Position numbers and translations under genes: made by a program
Notes under the pieces: model-generated
Seen by the model: the letters and a program-made list of their open reading frames with translations, nothing else
Databases searched by the model: none
Told to the model about the DNA's origin: nothing
Assembly: GCA_004431415.1 (NCBI GenBank)
Contig: QPMI01000709.1
Coordinates: 124,001-188,000 of the forward strand
Reading direction: 5' to 3'
Length of the DNA stretch: 64,000 nt
Source of the DNA: Cyanophora paradoxa CCMP329
Taxonomy: Eukaryota; Plantae; Glaucophyta
Part shown: in pieces, positions 38,270 to 51,287 of the stretch
How the letters are laid out: each line of letters opens with the position of its first letter
Numbering within the stretch: position 1 is the stretch's first letter

Positions 38270-39869
38270 ATGCAGGCGTTCGCAACCGTCCTCCCCGTCA
38301 CGCCCCGACAGCCGCGCACGCCGGCATGCACGGCGGCCGTACGCGCGGCGTCGTTCGCCGGCCGCGCCGCGGCTGCGCGCGTTCTGCGCGCGAACAAGTC
38401 GGGTGCGCAACACGGCGCTGGGGCAAGCTGTGTGTTCGGCACGTCTTATGCTTCCATGCAGCTAACTACTACGGTGCGCGATTCACCGCCAAGCAGCCGG
38501 CAGTCACGTTCACGGTCGAGTGCAAGAAGGTCAGCGCGTTTCTGCGCGCATGGGAGGCGAAGGCCGCTGACGTACAGTATGAAAGCGCACCGAAGAGAAG
38601 CAGAACAAAGCTCTCCTGCTCGATTGCGGTGAGGCACATCCCAGCTCGTGCAACCTGCTCTCACTGATCCCCGCGTCTGGTGCAGACGGCGTGATTGCGG
38701 ACACCGAGCGGTGCAGTCCGTTCTCTAGTTGTTTAGATACGGCTTCTCACGGGAGGGGACAGCGACGGCCACCGCATCTCTTTCAACCGCGCGTTCGAGG
38801 AGTTCGGCATCAACGCAGAGTGGGGCGTCGAGGAGTACGGTGAGCTGGTGAAGATCGGCGGCGGCAAGGAGCGCATGACCGCATACTTCGATCAGGTCCG
38901 CAGCGCTGATCGCGCACTCCCCTACTTTTGATGCGGCGGGTTGTTGTGAAAGCTGACTAAGATCAATTTCAGGTTGGCTGGCCGGAGGCTGCGATTGCGA
39001 AGCAGTCCGTTTTTATGTTATATCACCTTGAACTCTCTAATGTTCCTCTGATAGTGGCGGCGGCGACAAGAAGAAGCTGATCGCAGAGCTCCACAAGGCA
39101 AGCTTTCCACGCATGTCGACTTGATTTTCTGCTTTCCTTAGACTGTTCGGACCGCAGTTGAAGACCAAGCTTTTCATGGATCTTGTCGGTCGTGGCGAGC
39201 TCCCTGCTCGGCCGGGGTATGCTTTGTCCGGCCTGATGCTCGGCGATGTGGCCCGAAATTATTGGCGCAGCATTGTGCGGCTGGTTGATGAGGCCATTGC
39301 TGCTGACTACCGCATCTCGGTTTGCTCAACAAGCAATGAAAATTCTGTCAGCGCGATCATGGATGAGGTCTTTGGTCCGGATCGTGTCGCACAGTTCGAT
39401 GGCCTCTTTGCAGGTTTCCATGTTCACCTTTCTGCCACAGTGCTGGGTGTCCTCATTATCTAAATTTCTTCTCTCGCGATCGCACTCAGGTGACATGGTC
39501 TCCAAGAAGAAGCCTCACCCCGAGATTTACATCAAAGCTAGCGAGTTCCTTAACGTCCCCCCTGAGAAGTAAGCAACAGAGTTCTGATTTCTACCAGCCC
39601 TTAAACTTGTCCATCAGGTGCGTTGTCATTGAGGATAGCGGTATTGGGCTCGAGGCGGCCAAGGCAGCCAATATGAACTGCATTGTGACTCTCTCCTCTT
39701 ATACTGGTGGCGAGAACTTCAATGGAGCCGATGCAATTGTCCCCTCTCTTGATGTCAGTTCTGCATCCCGCCCCCTGCATTCGTGGGAGACTGTTGACTT
39801 TCGTTGTATACGCAGGAGGGCAACGTCACCCTTACGACCCTTGAGGATCTCATCAACAAGCGTGCCTAA
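38270..39869 (+). CDS. cbbY: CbbY-type HAD sugar phosphatase with plastid transit peptide
   Basis: Acid-poor leader MQAFATVLPV...TFTVEC; ALLLDCDGVIADTERDGHRISFN, KIGGGKERM, KKKPHPEIY, CVVIEDSGIGL. Confidence 0.92.
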
Positions 39870-39960
39870 GAGCGAATTTAGTGCAACATCGCTCCATTTA
39901 ATGTTAAGATGTCGATGATACTTTTCAAGAAGGACACGTACTCAAAACGCAGGTCGTTAC

Positions 39961-40217
39961 GTAGAAGGGAATAGAATCACTTGGATCCAGGTTAAATCAT
40001 CGCATTTGGACACGTACTCAAAACGCAGGTCCGGGCTACAAGTGTGGGAATGTACACTGCGGCCGCCGTGGCCGCGGGCCCAGCCCACCAGCGAGCGGGC
40101 CGGGCTGGCTGACCTAAGCTCAGTCATCCAACCCCTATTCTGGGATCCTTCAATCATCCTTTTCTGCGCAATCCGGCCGGCACTGGATCAAAGATCCCAA
40201 TCGCTATTCCCTTCTAC
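39961..40217. mobile_element. Putative MITE-like element with 14-bp terminal inverted repeats
   Basis: GTAGAAGGGAATAG (39961-39974) and CTATTCCCTTCTAC (40204-40217); TA lies one base outside each end; non-coding. Confidence 0.45.
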
Positions 40218-40257
40218 ATACGTCCCACGAGCTGAAGATGGCAAAGAGACATGGGTC

Positions 40258-42001
40258 TTATATGGCTGTTGGCAGCTTCGCAAGGCAGTGGGCCAGTCCG
40301 TGCCTCTTGAACTCATCTCGAGTGGCCCACCAGTCTTCGTCTCGATCCTGATTTAGCTGATTAACAATGGGCTTGGATTTCCCAGCCAATAAAGAGCACC
40401 TTCATAATATCTGCTAAGACAGCGCCACCTGTGAATACCATATACATCCTGCGTGGCTGGTCTTCGACCCTGATCTTGATCACCTACCCACAGAGCAGTG
40501 AGTTACTGAATGTGGGAAGAGAAGGATGGAGAGCTGCATACGTCCTTCCTGCTTTGATCGCCCTGCAAGATACGCTCGAAGTGCAGATTCTTGATGTCTT
40601 TCTCGAGCCGACTGGGAAGCCCTGCAAACATGCTGCTGCCCCCAGAAAGGACGATGTGCTTGTACAGCTGCCGAGTGCATCAGCATTCACATCATCAAAG
40701 TCAGCGAGAAAGCCAACACACATCCGGGCGAATACTGATGTCCGAAGCCTAAAAAGAAGTTCAGACGAAAGTTTGTAACCGATAAAGGACGAAGGTTCAC
40801 CTGAATTGCGGAAAAAACCTCCTCGGCGATGCCAGGACCTTCCACATTGATTGCGCCCGGGTGGAAGAGGACCTCAGCTGCTTCATACCGCTCCCGCCCG
40901 ATTTGGACTGTCCGACCATCTGGCAGCTGTGCCAGCTCAGTGAGAGAGGGCTGGAAGAGAAGAAGAGGGGCAGAGAGATAGTGAACCGTATAGCTCTTGA
41001 CAAGCGCTGTCGTCTCCACAGCCAGGCGCTTGTCCGTCTCTATATCATAGCTGAAGAGGAGTTAAGAAAGTCATACACACACGCACACACTATGCAAGCA
41101 CAGGTTTTCGTAGAAAAGCACCTCACGTAGCAAAGCTTCTCTTTCATCTGCCTGACAGTTTCGAAGTCGGCTGTCCTATTGAACGAGTATCTGAGCTCAA
41201 GGTTAGAAACTGTGCCACCTGAATCGCAATGAGCATTCTGGCGAACCCCCTGTTGGTCAAGAGCTTGATGAGATGATTTGTCACCGCTCGCCCAGCTATG
41301 TTTATCCTTCGTGACGCGTTTCGGATGGCAAAGCCATCGTAGACTGGAACCACGTGTGTGACGCCTTCCCCAGAGTCCACAACCACACCCGTAGACAGGC
41401 CTGGAAGAGGGATAAATTATCACTCAAACCATCAAACACTGTGAGTGCGCGTACCTTGAGCATACAAAGTCAGCACGGCTTGTATCTGTACGTAGACTGC
41501 CGAGAATTTGTACTGCTCGAACATGACGCGCACGAGCTTCTCCCGGTTTTCCTTGGGGTTCATAGGCGCCTCGGTGAGCAGGACCTTGCACTCCTCCGGA
41601 CGGATGCGCAGGCGGTCGAAAAACGTGTAATCAAATACATACAGCATGTCCTGATGGCGCTTCAGCGCTAGGCGGCGAGCATGCGCGACGCCGCGGCAAG
41701 CACCTCCCAGTTGCGGATGATACCGTTCTCAACTGGATACGAGATCTCGAGCGCATGCCGCAGATCGCTGCACTCGTCGCCCACGTTGATATCCTTGATC
41801 TGCTTGCCGTCGATCTTCTCCTCGAACCGCATCACGGGCCGGCCGACCATGCAAGGAAACACGGCGCGCGGGAAGTTCTCCCCCGCGAACCCGCATTTGA
41901 TGAACTGCCTCGCGTTAGGCGAAGTATACGCGGCAGGGCGCAATCCGGCGAGTCCGCACCCCTGTGCCTATGTCAACTACTACAACGCGCTTGGCGGACA
42001 T
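40258..42001 (-). CDS. ARP2: Actin-related protein 2 (divergent)
   Basis: [88 protein letters not shown]. Confidence 0.92.
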
Positions 42002-42386
42002 GGTTTGCGCCGCGCGGGCTAAGCGGTCAGTTGGTCAGTTGCGAGCTGCAGCTGCACGGACGGCAGCGAGCAGCGGGGCAGCCGCTGCTGCGTTCAAATG
42101 CTCTAGCTAGGGCGCAGCCCGCCGCTCGCAGAGCTCACAGCTCGGCCACTCAGCTACGCTCAGCCTTTTGAGCCACTGAGTGACTTCTAGAGCCACTCAG
42201 AGACCCGCCGTACGCGTGTCGTCTCGAAAACCCCGACCGTGTCCAAAGCCCGCGCTCGACTCCCGCAGAGTCCCCTTTGAGATTAACCGCCGTTGCGCCA
42301 GCCGCCGCGAGCGCGCGCTGGGTTAGACGGGCGCTAGCTACAGCTAGTTCTATAGTTATTGAATCAGCGCGGCAGACCCTCGCGAC

Positions 42387-43247
42387 ATGCTGGACGCCAC
42401 GCACATGACGCGCGAGGTCTGGGAGTGCGCCATCGTTGTCGTCCTGTGCCCGCTCATCTGGAACGCGATCGCGCGCTTCGAGTACAAGACCCGGGCGATT
42501 ACGCGCGCCGTCGGCTCGCGCTACACCGGCTGCTACCTCCTCGCGACGTGGATCTTCTGCTTCTCCCTGTACCGTGATTACAAGTGTGCCCGCCTTTACG
42601 CGCCGCCGAGCGTCCCTCGGGATCAATTCGCGCGCGCCAGGTTCAAGGAAGCTATCGACCCTCAGCCCCCGGCGGCGGCGTTCGACAACGCCCTGGTCAA
42701 GCTCCTTGCCGTCGCACTTTACTGCTTCGGCCTTGTAATGGTTCTGTCATCGATGTGGGTGCTGGGCGTGACGGGCACCTACTTGGGAGACTATTTTGGA
42801 ATCCTTATGGACGCAAAGGTGGAGGGCTTCCCCTTCAACGTGATGAATAACCCTATGTACAACGGGTCTTCCATCCTCTTCCTCTCGCATGCGCTCTGGT
42901 GCGACTGTGCCTGGCCTCGTGGACCGAATTTTGCCGCTCTCCTGACAAGATTGCTGAAGGACTGCCAAGCCGATGGGCGCCATTCTCGCAGGCTGGGTTT
43001 TCATTGTCTACCGATTCGCGATCATCTTTGAGGGGTCAGCCTCGTAACCCGTTTTCTCTTCGACCTCTTCACTCACTTGCTGAGCTCAGATCCTTCACCT
43101 CGTACATATATGCCAACCGGCACAAGAAGCACGGTCCAGCGCTCCCCAAATCCTACGATCGAGGTGAGCAGTCAATTCCTGTGACTGTGTCCTTGCAGTC
43201 GTCTTCTCACAGCAGGTGCACTCGCCCAGATCCAGCCATGCCTTTAA
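42387..43247 (+). CDS. PEMT: Phospholipid N-methyltransferase (PEMT/OPI3 family)
   Basis: PLIWNAIARFEYKT, SSMWVLGVTGTYLGDYFGILMD.KVEGFPFNVMNNPMYNGS, FE.SFTSYIY. Last exon uncertain. Confidence 0.92.
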
Positions 43248-43686
43248 GGAGAGCTCTTGGGAAGCTATTGGGAGGGAAGTCGGCTGGAAAGAAGACTTTT
43301 TAAGGACCAGAGTCTCTAGTCAGTTTACCACAGTGCAGTGGTCTGTGTTTTCAAATTTTCAGAACCAGTACAACCTAGCCGCTGAGCTATATGTAGCTGG
43401 CCTAGCTATACGGCGTAACCAGTAGGCTCATCTCTCGACTTGACACTTTACGGATACCACGGATATACAGTCTCGGTACGTCGATCCGGACTCGCCCCCC
43501 GCCGCTGCGAAATTTGGCCGTGTACCCCCAAAAGAGCCTCTCACGGCGTGCGCGCGCGGCTCCGGGACAGTCCGTTACGCATCTACCGAAAAGAATCGTT
43601 CTAAGGTTCGCGTGTGCGAGACCCCCCCCGACCTATTCGCCCACTCATCGCGCGTGTGCCGCGCCGTACAGCACGGGGCGGCTACG

Positions 43687-45946
43687 ATGGACCAGCTCTT
43701 AAGCACGGATGATATCGACCCTTCGCTTCTCCAAGCACTAGAGGACACCTCGCTGGACCCGACACCCGCACGTAAGCTCGCGGATCTTCGTCTCCGCTCG
43801 GCAGTACCGACATCGCTAACGCGGAAGGCAGCAAGCAAGGCTTCATCTTACCGCCCCCCTGAACAAGGCGGCGAGTGGACATCGAAAGCCACCGGAACTT
43901 TTCTCTGGGGCGGTGGCACTGGGAATGCAGCCCGCGATCAGATTTTCGCTGCAGCGCTGGTTGCAGGCAAGCGCGTGCGATGGTCCGCCGGCCCTCTGCT
44001 AATGCCCCATCACAGCGGCTAAGGAGGAGGGCGGTGAATCGGACCTCGCCGCGGCGCTTGCTTTGATCCAAAAGCAGCAGCAGCGCGAAGCCGCCCAGGC
44101 TGCCCAGCTCGCACGTTCGCAAGAAGATGCCGGCCAGCCAGGCCAATCGAAGTCCGAGGGCGAGAAGGATCGTACGTCACCTGTTGTGCATCCTTCGTCG
44201 TTGCGCTTGCGTAATGTTGTGCTTTGCAGCTTCGAGCGCTGGCCGTGCGCAGGCTGGTCAGCGCCGGACACCGCCGCCGGCGCCCCCGGTACCTGCGCCT
44301 CGCGCTACGCAGTGCGACGCGTTGTAACAGACACGGCTGTATTACAGGTTCCGGAGTGGTGGAACACATTTGTGCAAGCCGTCCGAATGAAGTTCTCGGG
44401 CCCCTCTATGCCTGGCGTGATGGGTGCCGGTCCGCAGGCTCCTTGCACGGAGTTTGCGGAGTAATTAATGCGCACGCAGAATCGCAACGCGGTCCCCAGA
44501 TCGCGGACGCCGTCCACGAATGTACGTTCATGCCCATCGCAACGATGCGCACGCTACCTGCCTGACGAATGCGCAGCGCTTCCGGGGTGGCGCGAATTCG
44601 AGCTCGGCATGCAGTCCGGTGCCGTGGACGCACTGGGGCAGAAGGCAGTACCAAGCCCTGAGGCCGTGGCCCTTGCGGGTGCGCTTCCGTGGATAGCTTG
44701 AAGCTCCATTACGTGACTGTCAGCAGGGGCGCGGCGCAAGGAGAATGCTGCTCCCGAGAACGCCAACCTCACGCAGCAGCAGCTCATCCAGCAGCTTTAC
44801 GGAATGCAGATTGCTGCCGCTCACAACCTCGCTGGCAATGCTGCGCAGCCAGTAGCCCCGCAGGGTTCGCGGCTGCTTATTTTTCACGCCCGCGCTCCAC
44901 TGATGTGCCTCTCGTGGACTGCAGCCCAGTGGGACCTCGCGGCTGCTGCGCGCAACGCGATCTCGAACCCTCAGCTTTCGATGCCTGGCATGAGCTCCCC
45001 GGACGCCGCCGCGGCCGCTGCGGCAGCGGCCATCTACCGCAATGCCGGTGCACATGCTTTGCTGCACTCGATTCAATTCGCATTAAGCGCAATGCCTCAG
45101 GCTTGGCCGCCGGAGGCCAGTACAACCTGCAGAACGCCAACCTCGCCGGGCTAACAGCAAGGACCCCCCCTCCCCAGGCTGGGTCGTCGGCGGCAGCAGC
45201 CAACGCCGCGTATCTTTCGGCGTATGCCGCGGCTCTTGCGGCTCAACAGAACCCTGCCAATGCTTATCTGCAACGGTTGTACGGAGCGGCCGGCGTCCCA
45301 GGCGTTGGCCAGGGCCGCGCCCAGCGCTCCCTGCTCCAGGTGCCTTTCTCCGTGCGATACCGATGTCCAAAGTGTCTGCTCTGATTTCGATTAGGATTAC
45401 GCCCACGATCGTCAGCGGCTCCTTGAAGAGCTCAAGTACGCTGTTCTGCAGGCGAGCTTCCTGTTGTTGCAGTGTTTCGTACCCGCCTGCTGCACTTGAC
45501 CGTCGTGCAGGCCGAGATCGTCCGGCGCTCCATTGCTGAGTGCTGGTCCGAGAACCGCCGGGTCAGAGACCAGATTCGGGTTCGTGCAATAAGGTGTTCA
45601 AGTGACTCTTATTTACACATCATTGCAGGCGTATGCGTCTGCGATTGCCCATGATGCTGCCATGCTTCAAGCAGTGAAGGCCCAGTACTACAGGGTACGC
45701 ATTCTTTGGCTCTGATCGTGGTGATTCGAGTTATTGACAATCCAATCAGGCGGCAGAAATCGCTCACAACCTGCGGGAGATCAGTGTGTTTTGAGTCACA
45801 TACATTTTGCGCTTCGCCCTGCTGACGTATTTGCGTGCTTGCAGGTGCCAAGCTGGCAGATGAGCTTGCACAGGTGACAGTTTTTTTTTCGGATGGTTTT
45901 CCTTCTTGCTGACACAGCAATTCAGAATTTTGTCGGATTGGATTGA
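43687..45946 (+). CDS. Uncharacterised multi-exon protein with an Ala/Gln/Asn-rich middle and helical C-terminus
   Basis: Regular short GT/GC-AG introns separate open segments (MDQLLSTDDIDPSLLQAL..., VPEWWNTFVQAV..., DYAHDRQRLLEELKYAVLQ|AEIVRRSI...). No family recognised. Confidence 0.6.
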
Positions 45947-46883
45947 TCAACGCGATGCACAGTCATCCTCTATCATCCTCTACAGCTCATACATGTTGTA
46001 TTCCTTGTTTTTGACCCGTACTCAGTTTCAATCTCAGTTTCAAATCTCTGAGTTTCCGTGTACATCTAGCGCAGACATTTCTACAGTGTTACCAGCGCAG
46101 ATAGAGACTTTAGGATAGTTCAATTCGTTTTTAGTATCGAGCTCTACCTGAGAGGAGGCAATGCGGCAAGGTGTCTGTATCGCAATTGCGCAGTCCAGAT
46201 AGCGGAGAGCTCGAGTGCTACGGTGCACATCTTCGTGCATGGGCTGCTGTTGGCCATGGGCACCAGCTTACTAAGTTATTTACTGAGGCCCTGAGGTTGC
46301 AATCGACCTGCAAATCGCAATTGCAATTGGAATCATCGGATCTCGAAACTTGATCGAAATGGCACGAATCTCCAGGCCGCCGGGCCCAGTGGCCTTGCCA
46401 AGTTGCCAAGTTGGCCGTGGGCACGGGATGTCGACCCGTGACCGGCCAGCGGTGGCCCCCCGCCCTGCCAGGCTGGGCCCCGCCGGCCCCGCCGGGGCCG
46501 CGCGCCTGCATGCGCCCTACTCGGCCAGCTGCAGTACTAGTCACTGAGTGGCCCTAGATCTCCCCGGGCCCGGAGTCCGAGGCTAGGCTCAGCCTGAATT
46601 AATACATTCGACGTGGCCCGCGGACTCTGGGAAAAATAAATCGATACGTCCAAATTTAAACCCTAGTCTGAATTACTTCGCAATCGCCCTGAAATCACCT
46701 TAGTCTTCAAATCATCTAGCCTCGTCCCTGCTCATATGCATGAAATCAAAATCCAACGTGAACGTCTCCCCAGACTGAAATCACAGCCTAAAGCAAGACT
46801 GAATTCAGTTGCCCCCTGGTCAGCCCGGAGTGCCGTGCATGTATATCAATAGAGCCGAACGAAGAACTCTTGATTCAGAGCGC

Positions 46884-48131
46884 CTACTCCCGCGGAGGGG
46901 CGGGGGCGTCGCCAGCGGGGCGGTCATCGCCACGCGGCTTCTTGGCCTCTGGGCTCTCCGAGCGCTCTCGCCGCTTGCGGTCAGAACGCTCCTTATCCGA
47001 GCGGTCGCGGTCAGAGTCGCGGCGGTCGTCCCGGCGATCCCTGTCGTCCCGCCGCCGGTCGCGGTCGTCCCGCCGATCGCGGTCGTCCCGCCGCGGGCTG
47101 CGGCGGCGGTCGCGGTCGTCCCTGCGTGGGCTGCATTGCATTAGAAACGAAGGGCGACGTTTGATGAGATGCGCTCACCTGCGCCGCGGCGACTTGTCGC
47201 GGCGGGGCGAACGCGAGCGGGGGCGGGGCGGGGAGCGCCTTCCGCCCGGCGGAGGGAAGTAACGGCCGCCGCGGTCGCCGCCGCGGTCGGGAGAACGAGA
47301 GCGCGACTTCTTCTTCGCGAACTTGCGCCGCAGGTCGCGCGGAACTTCCTTGAGGTGCATGAAGTTGCAGTAGCCGCCGTGGGTGCACTTGCCGGTCTCG
47401 AACTGCCGGCACGAAGCCTCCCGGAAGTCGGTCACAGGACTGTACTCGCAAACAATCGGCCGGCCTGCGAAAGAAGCGCTAAGAAAGCGGCAGAGACAGC
47501 GAAGCCGGGCGCGTACCGCCGTAATACCGGCCCTGCAGGGTTGCCATGGCCCGAGCGGCCTCGTCTTCGCTGCGGTACTTCACGAACACGTTGCCTGTGG
47601 TGCAGCGTCGGACCAAGCGTGCGCTCGCGGCGCGCGGGCACAACACCGACCGAGAAGATGTGCAGACAGGTTGTCGCAGACCTGAATCTCCTCGACCTCG
47701 CCGTACTTCTTCAACTCCTCATAAACCTCCTCAATGAAATCGTGGAAGTGAGTCTCCATCATCTCCTGCGTCAGGTTGATCTCCTGGGCGAGCTGCGTGT
47801 CGACCATGGCCGCCGGGTTGTTGTACATATGGAGCATGAGAAGCGTTTGCGACTCCATCGGCTTGTTGTGCAGACGCGAGCAGCTGCGGGGGCGTCAGGC
47901 GAGCAAGGAATGGCGGACCCGCGCAAGTTGGGTCCGCCATCGCGCCGCGCAGCGCGGCTCCCTAGCTTCCCGCACCGATCGCCATGTCGACACGCGCCGG
48001 TCTTGAAGTAGAAAGGGCTGCGAAGCGCGTCGAACAAAAGCCAGACACGCGCGGCGAAGTGAGCACGGCAGGCCGCACCAGTTGACTTTGTCCTTTTCTG
48101 TACCGAAAATCGACGCAAGATGCTCCGCCAT
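46884..48131 (-). CDS. U2AF1: Splicing factor U2AF small subunit (U2AF35)
   Basis: [18 protein letters not shown]|[14 protein letters not shown]|[38 protein letters not shown] tail. Confidence 0.97.
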
Positions 48132-48822
48132 GGCTCCCGCGTTGCTGAGTTTCCGCGCCCAACCTTCGTGAGCTGTACCCCGGCGCAAGGACTTGGCAAT
48201 CCGACTTGGCCACGGAATTCGAAGTTCTGCTCTAATTTACATTATTCAAGTTGACGTTTACGGCTTTTAGCTAAACTTCGCGTGGAGAGGGGGCGCCGCG
48301 GAGTCGATGGCGGCGAAAATGGCGGCCGCCTTGTGCGAGATATAGCCACGGGCAGCCTGCGCGGCGTTGCCCGCGACGTCCCGCGGCTTGTTCCTTTCGT
48401 TGTTCACGAGCCATGGGCGGTCGTGATCCCAGGCCCTGCGCATATGCATACGGGGCGCGCAAAGCAAGCGTTACGGCCGCAGGACGCACGATTCAAACGA
48501 ATAGGATCAGAGCTCACCGCCCCTTGTTCCGTCGACTCCTGCGGAAGGATGCCCCGAAAGAATCCTGAGATCTAGAGGGGGAGGCGGCGCGGCCGCCGCC
48601 GGGGGAGGACGGGGGCCCAGCGGCGCCAGAGGGGGAGCTGGGAGAGCCAGGGGGTTGGCCCTGCGCCCGGACGGCGGACTGCTGGTGGGGTGGGGAGGGG
48701 GCCTCGTTTGGGGAGGGCGCGGCAGGCGCTGCCGGTGGCTGCGGGGATGGCTGCCCGTCGCGGGGCTTTCGGATAATGCCACGCTCAGAGGGCGGGCGGG
48801 GGTCCTGTGCGAGCGAGGCCCA

Positions 48823-50955
48823 TCAATTTAGGAACCAGCGGATGACAAAGCGGGGTACACAGGGCCGGGCCGGGGCGATGGGCACCTCCTCCTCGTAGAG
48901 GATGACTTTGGTCTTGGCTCGGGGCTCGGGCTTCCGGGCGCGGTTCATCTCCTGCTTGCGGCGCGCGAGCTGCACGAATGCGTCGACGCGGTACAGGGCG
49001 TCCTCCCGGCCCGAGTTGGCCCGCGTTGTGAAGCCCGGGCGCGCCAAGACCTCCCCAGGCAGGGCCGCCACCCCTGTGGTCGAGACGGCCGGCCGCGCAG
49101 ACTCGGGAAATAGCGCGAGGCTCCGGTCCGTGTGCGCCGGCTCGGGCTGCAGCACGCGGCCCGCCATGCCGCTCCCCAGCAGCGCTGCAGGGGCCGTCAG
49201 CGCATGCGTCGAGCCCGGGCCGAAGGGCCAAGGGCAGACGCGCCCTGGACGTCGCGCAGGGAGCGGAGCTTCATGAAGTGGGGCCCGTAGAGGCGCAGCT
49301 GCTCCTCCTCGCGGCGGAGGGAGCGGATGGCGGGGCGCTGGAGCTCGACGTGCTCGACCACCGACTCGACCTTCGCGAGGCGGCCCTCCCGCCAGCCCCG
49401 CCGCAGCTGCTCCGCCCTCTTGAGGGACTCCACCCCGTCGGTGCCCAACCGCCGCGCCAGGTCCGCCGGCGGGATCGCCAGCACCTCCACAGTCTGCGAG
49501 GACGCGTGGCGTGAGGGAAGATAGGGAACCGGCCGCCCCGGCGCGGCCCGCGCCGGCGGGCGCGCCTCGGAGACGCAGATGGCGGTGGCCGAGGCGGGCC
49601 GGCCCTCGAGGCTCGCCCCCTCCTCGATGACCTGGCCCTCGCCGATCACGCTCACGTCCAGCTCCCGGACGCTGCGGCCGTCAGGGGGGTGCGCGGCACT
49701 GAAAAGGGCCTGCGGGGAGGGCTCACTCGTAGGGAAGGGGAAAGTCGAAGGACTGCGGGGGGGAGTTCGTTGGGGACGGAGATTCGCCGCGGGACGGAGG
49801 GCGGGGCCGTACCCGGGCGAGATGGTTCGCCGTCGGGCCCGCCACCGCCTCGGAGAAGAAAGGAAAGTCGTCTGGTAGGCACCAGTCACGACGGGTCCGA
49901 CGGCAGGGCGGCGGAGCGCGAGCTGCGCGTACCCGTGTTGATGTTCTGGATCGCATCGCCGATGTCTGTACCCCGCCCGGATCAAACCGGCGAACAAAGA
50001 GCGACGGGGCGGGGGTACAGGAGCACCGAGCTTCTGCTTGCGGGCGAGCTTGACCTCCCCCCTGCGGACGGCGTACACCGACCCGGGGACCTGCCCCTGC
50101 CTCACGAGCACTGCGGGGGGGCGGTAAGAGCCGGCCAGACCGCGCTGGCAGCTCCGCGCCGGCTCGAACCTTCATTGCGGCGGCGGACGAGCGGCCGCGA
50201 GACGGCAGCCAGGCGCTTGAGAGCCTCCGAGTCCTGCCGGGGCGTCGGCGCGGCAGGCGGGGAGGGGTACAGCCGCGTTGCGGTGGCGGGCCGGAGGAGC
50301 GCGAGCGCACGAGGGACTTGAAGGCTGGGATCTGCTGCAGGAAGCGGGCGCGCTCGCGGCGGGCCTCGGCCTCGCGCCCCTTGAGGATGGCGTCGAAGTC
50401 GTCCTTAAGGAGGAGCCCGAGCTCGCTGTCCTCCACGGCGACGACGGAGACCGCCTTTCCCTCAGCGCGCATCTGCACCAGGTCCCACACGGTGCTCCCG
50501 GGCCCCGCCGTGATCCGCGGGGCCCCCTGGGCATCCCCCTTCTTCGCGCCGGCCTCCGCAAGCCCGATGACACCCGACAGAATCATAACCCACCCCGCCG
50601 CAAGCGCCGAGGGAACATCCTACGCGCCCCGCCCAGTCAGGAGTGCGTGCCCCGCTCGCCGCCGCGGTGCTCACTGGGTAAATCGTGCTGCCCTTGTCCG
50701 CGGCGCGGATCTCGAGCTTCGAGGCCACCGTCTTCAGTGTCGCAGCGTCCAGCGACGTCGCCAGGCCTGCCAGGCGGGCGGCCAGGCCGGCGACATCCTC
50801 CTCAGTGCGCTCCTCGGGGCTGAAATCAGAAATAGTCAGCAAGGCGATGCGCGCGAAGCAAAACAAGCCGGAAAAGCACGGCAAGCTATGGAAAAGCGTG
50901 AGTAAGCGCTGCCTCCTGCCCTCGGCGCTCACCGCAGGGCGGCTGTAATCGGCAT
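48823..50955 (-). CDS. Protein with two cyclic-nucleotide-binding-like domains (CNBD2-like)
   Basis: PEERTEEDV, KGSTIY, MILSG..G, VAVEDSELGLLLKDDFDAIL, FLQQIPAF, LVRQGQ...VYAVRRGEV, SATAIC..TVEVLAI. 3' end approximate. Confidence 0.65.
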
Positions 50956-51287
50956 CCGGTCCGCTGCGAGCGCCCCACTAGCTACGCTGCCCCAGAGCTG
51001 TCTGTAAGCTATACCGACAGGAACCGACGCTGGTTGCTAGCGCCGCCAAAGATGCTGGCTAGCGCCGCCGCGGAGGCTCCGCAAGGCCTTGGCAGCCTGC
51101 AGGCACCTCAGTCGACGCACAGGGTATTCCTCGTACGTAGCTAAAGAAGGAGCGAGCAGCGGTGGCAAGGCCAGCGTTTTTTTCGGGTACGGGTACGGGC
51201 TTCTTGAGCTGTCGCGCGAAGGGCGTTGCCGGCAGGCGCCGATACTGCTTGGAGTCGAGCCGCGCGGGGCTCATCAAACGCTGGGCC

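Noticed and set aside
39932-40031. 24-bp direct repeats with a spacer, resembling CRISPR
   Set aside because: Only two copies, eukaryotic context, no cas genes.
46655-46668. AAACCCTAG telomere or telo-box-like word
   Set aside because: Single copy in a convergent spacer; expected by chance.
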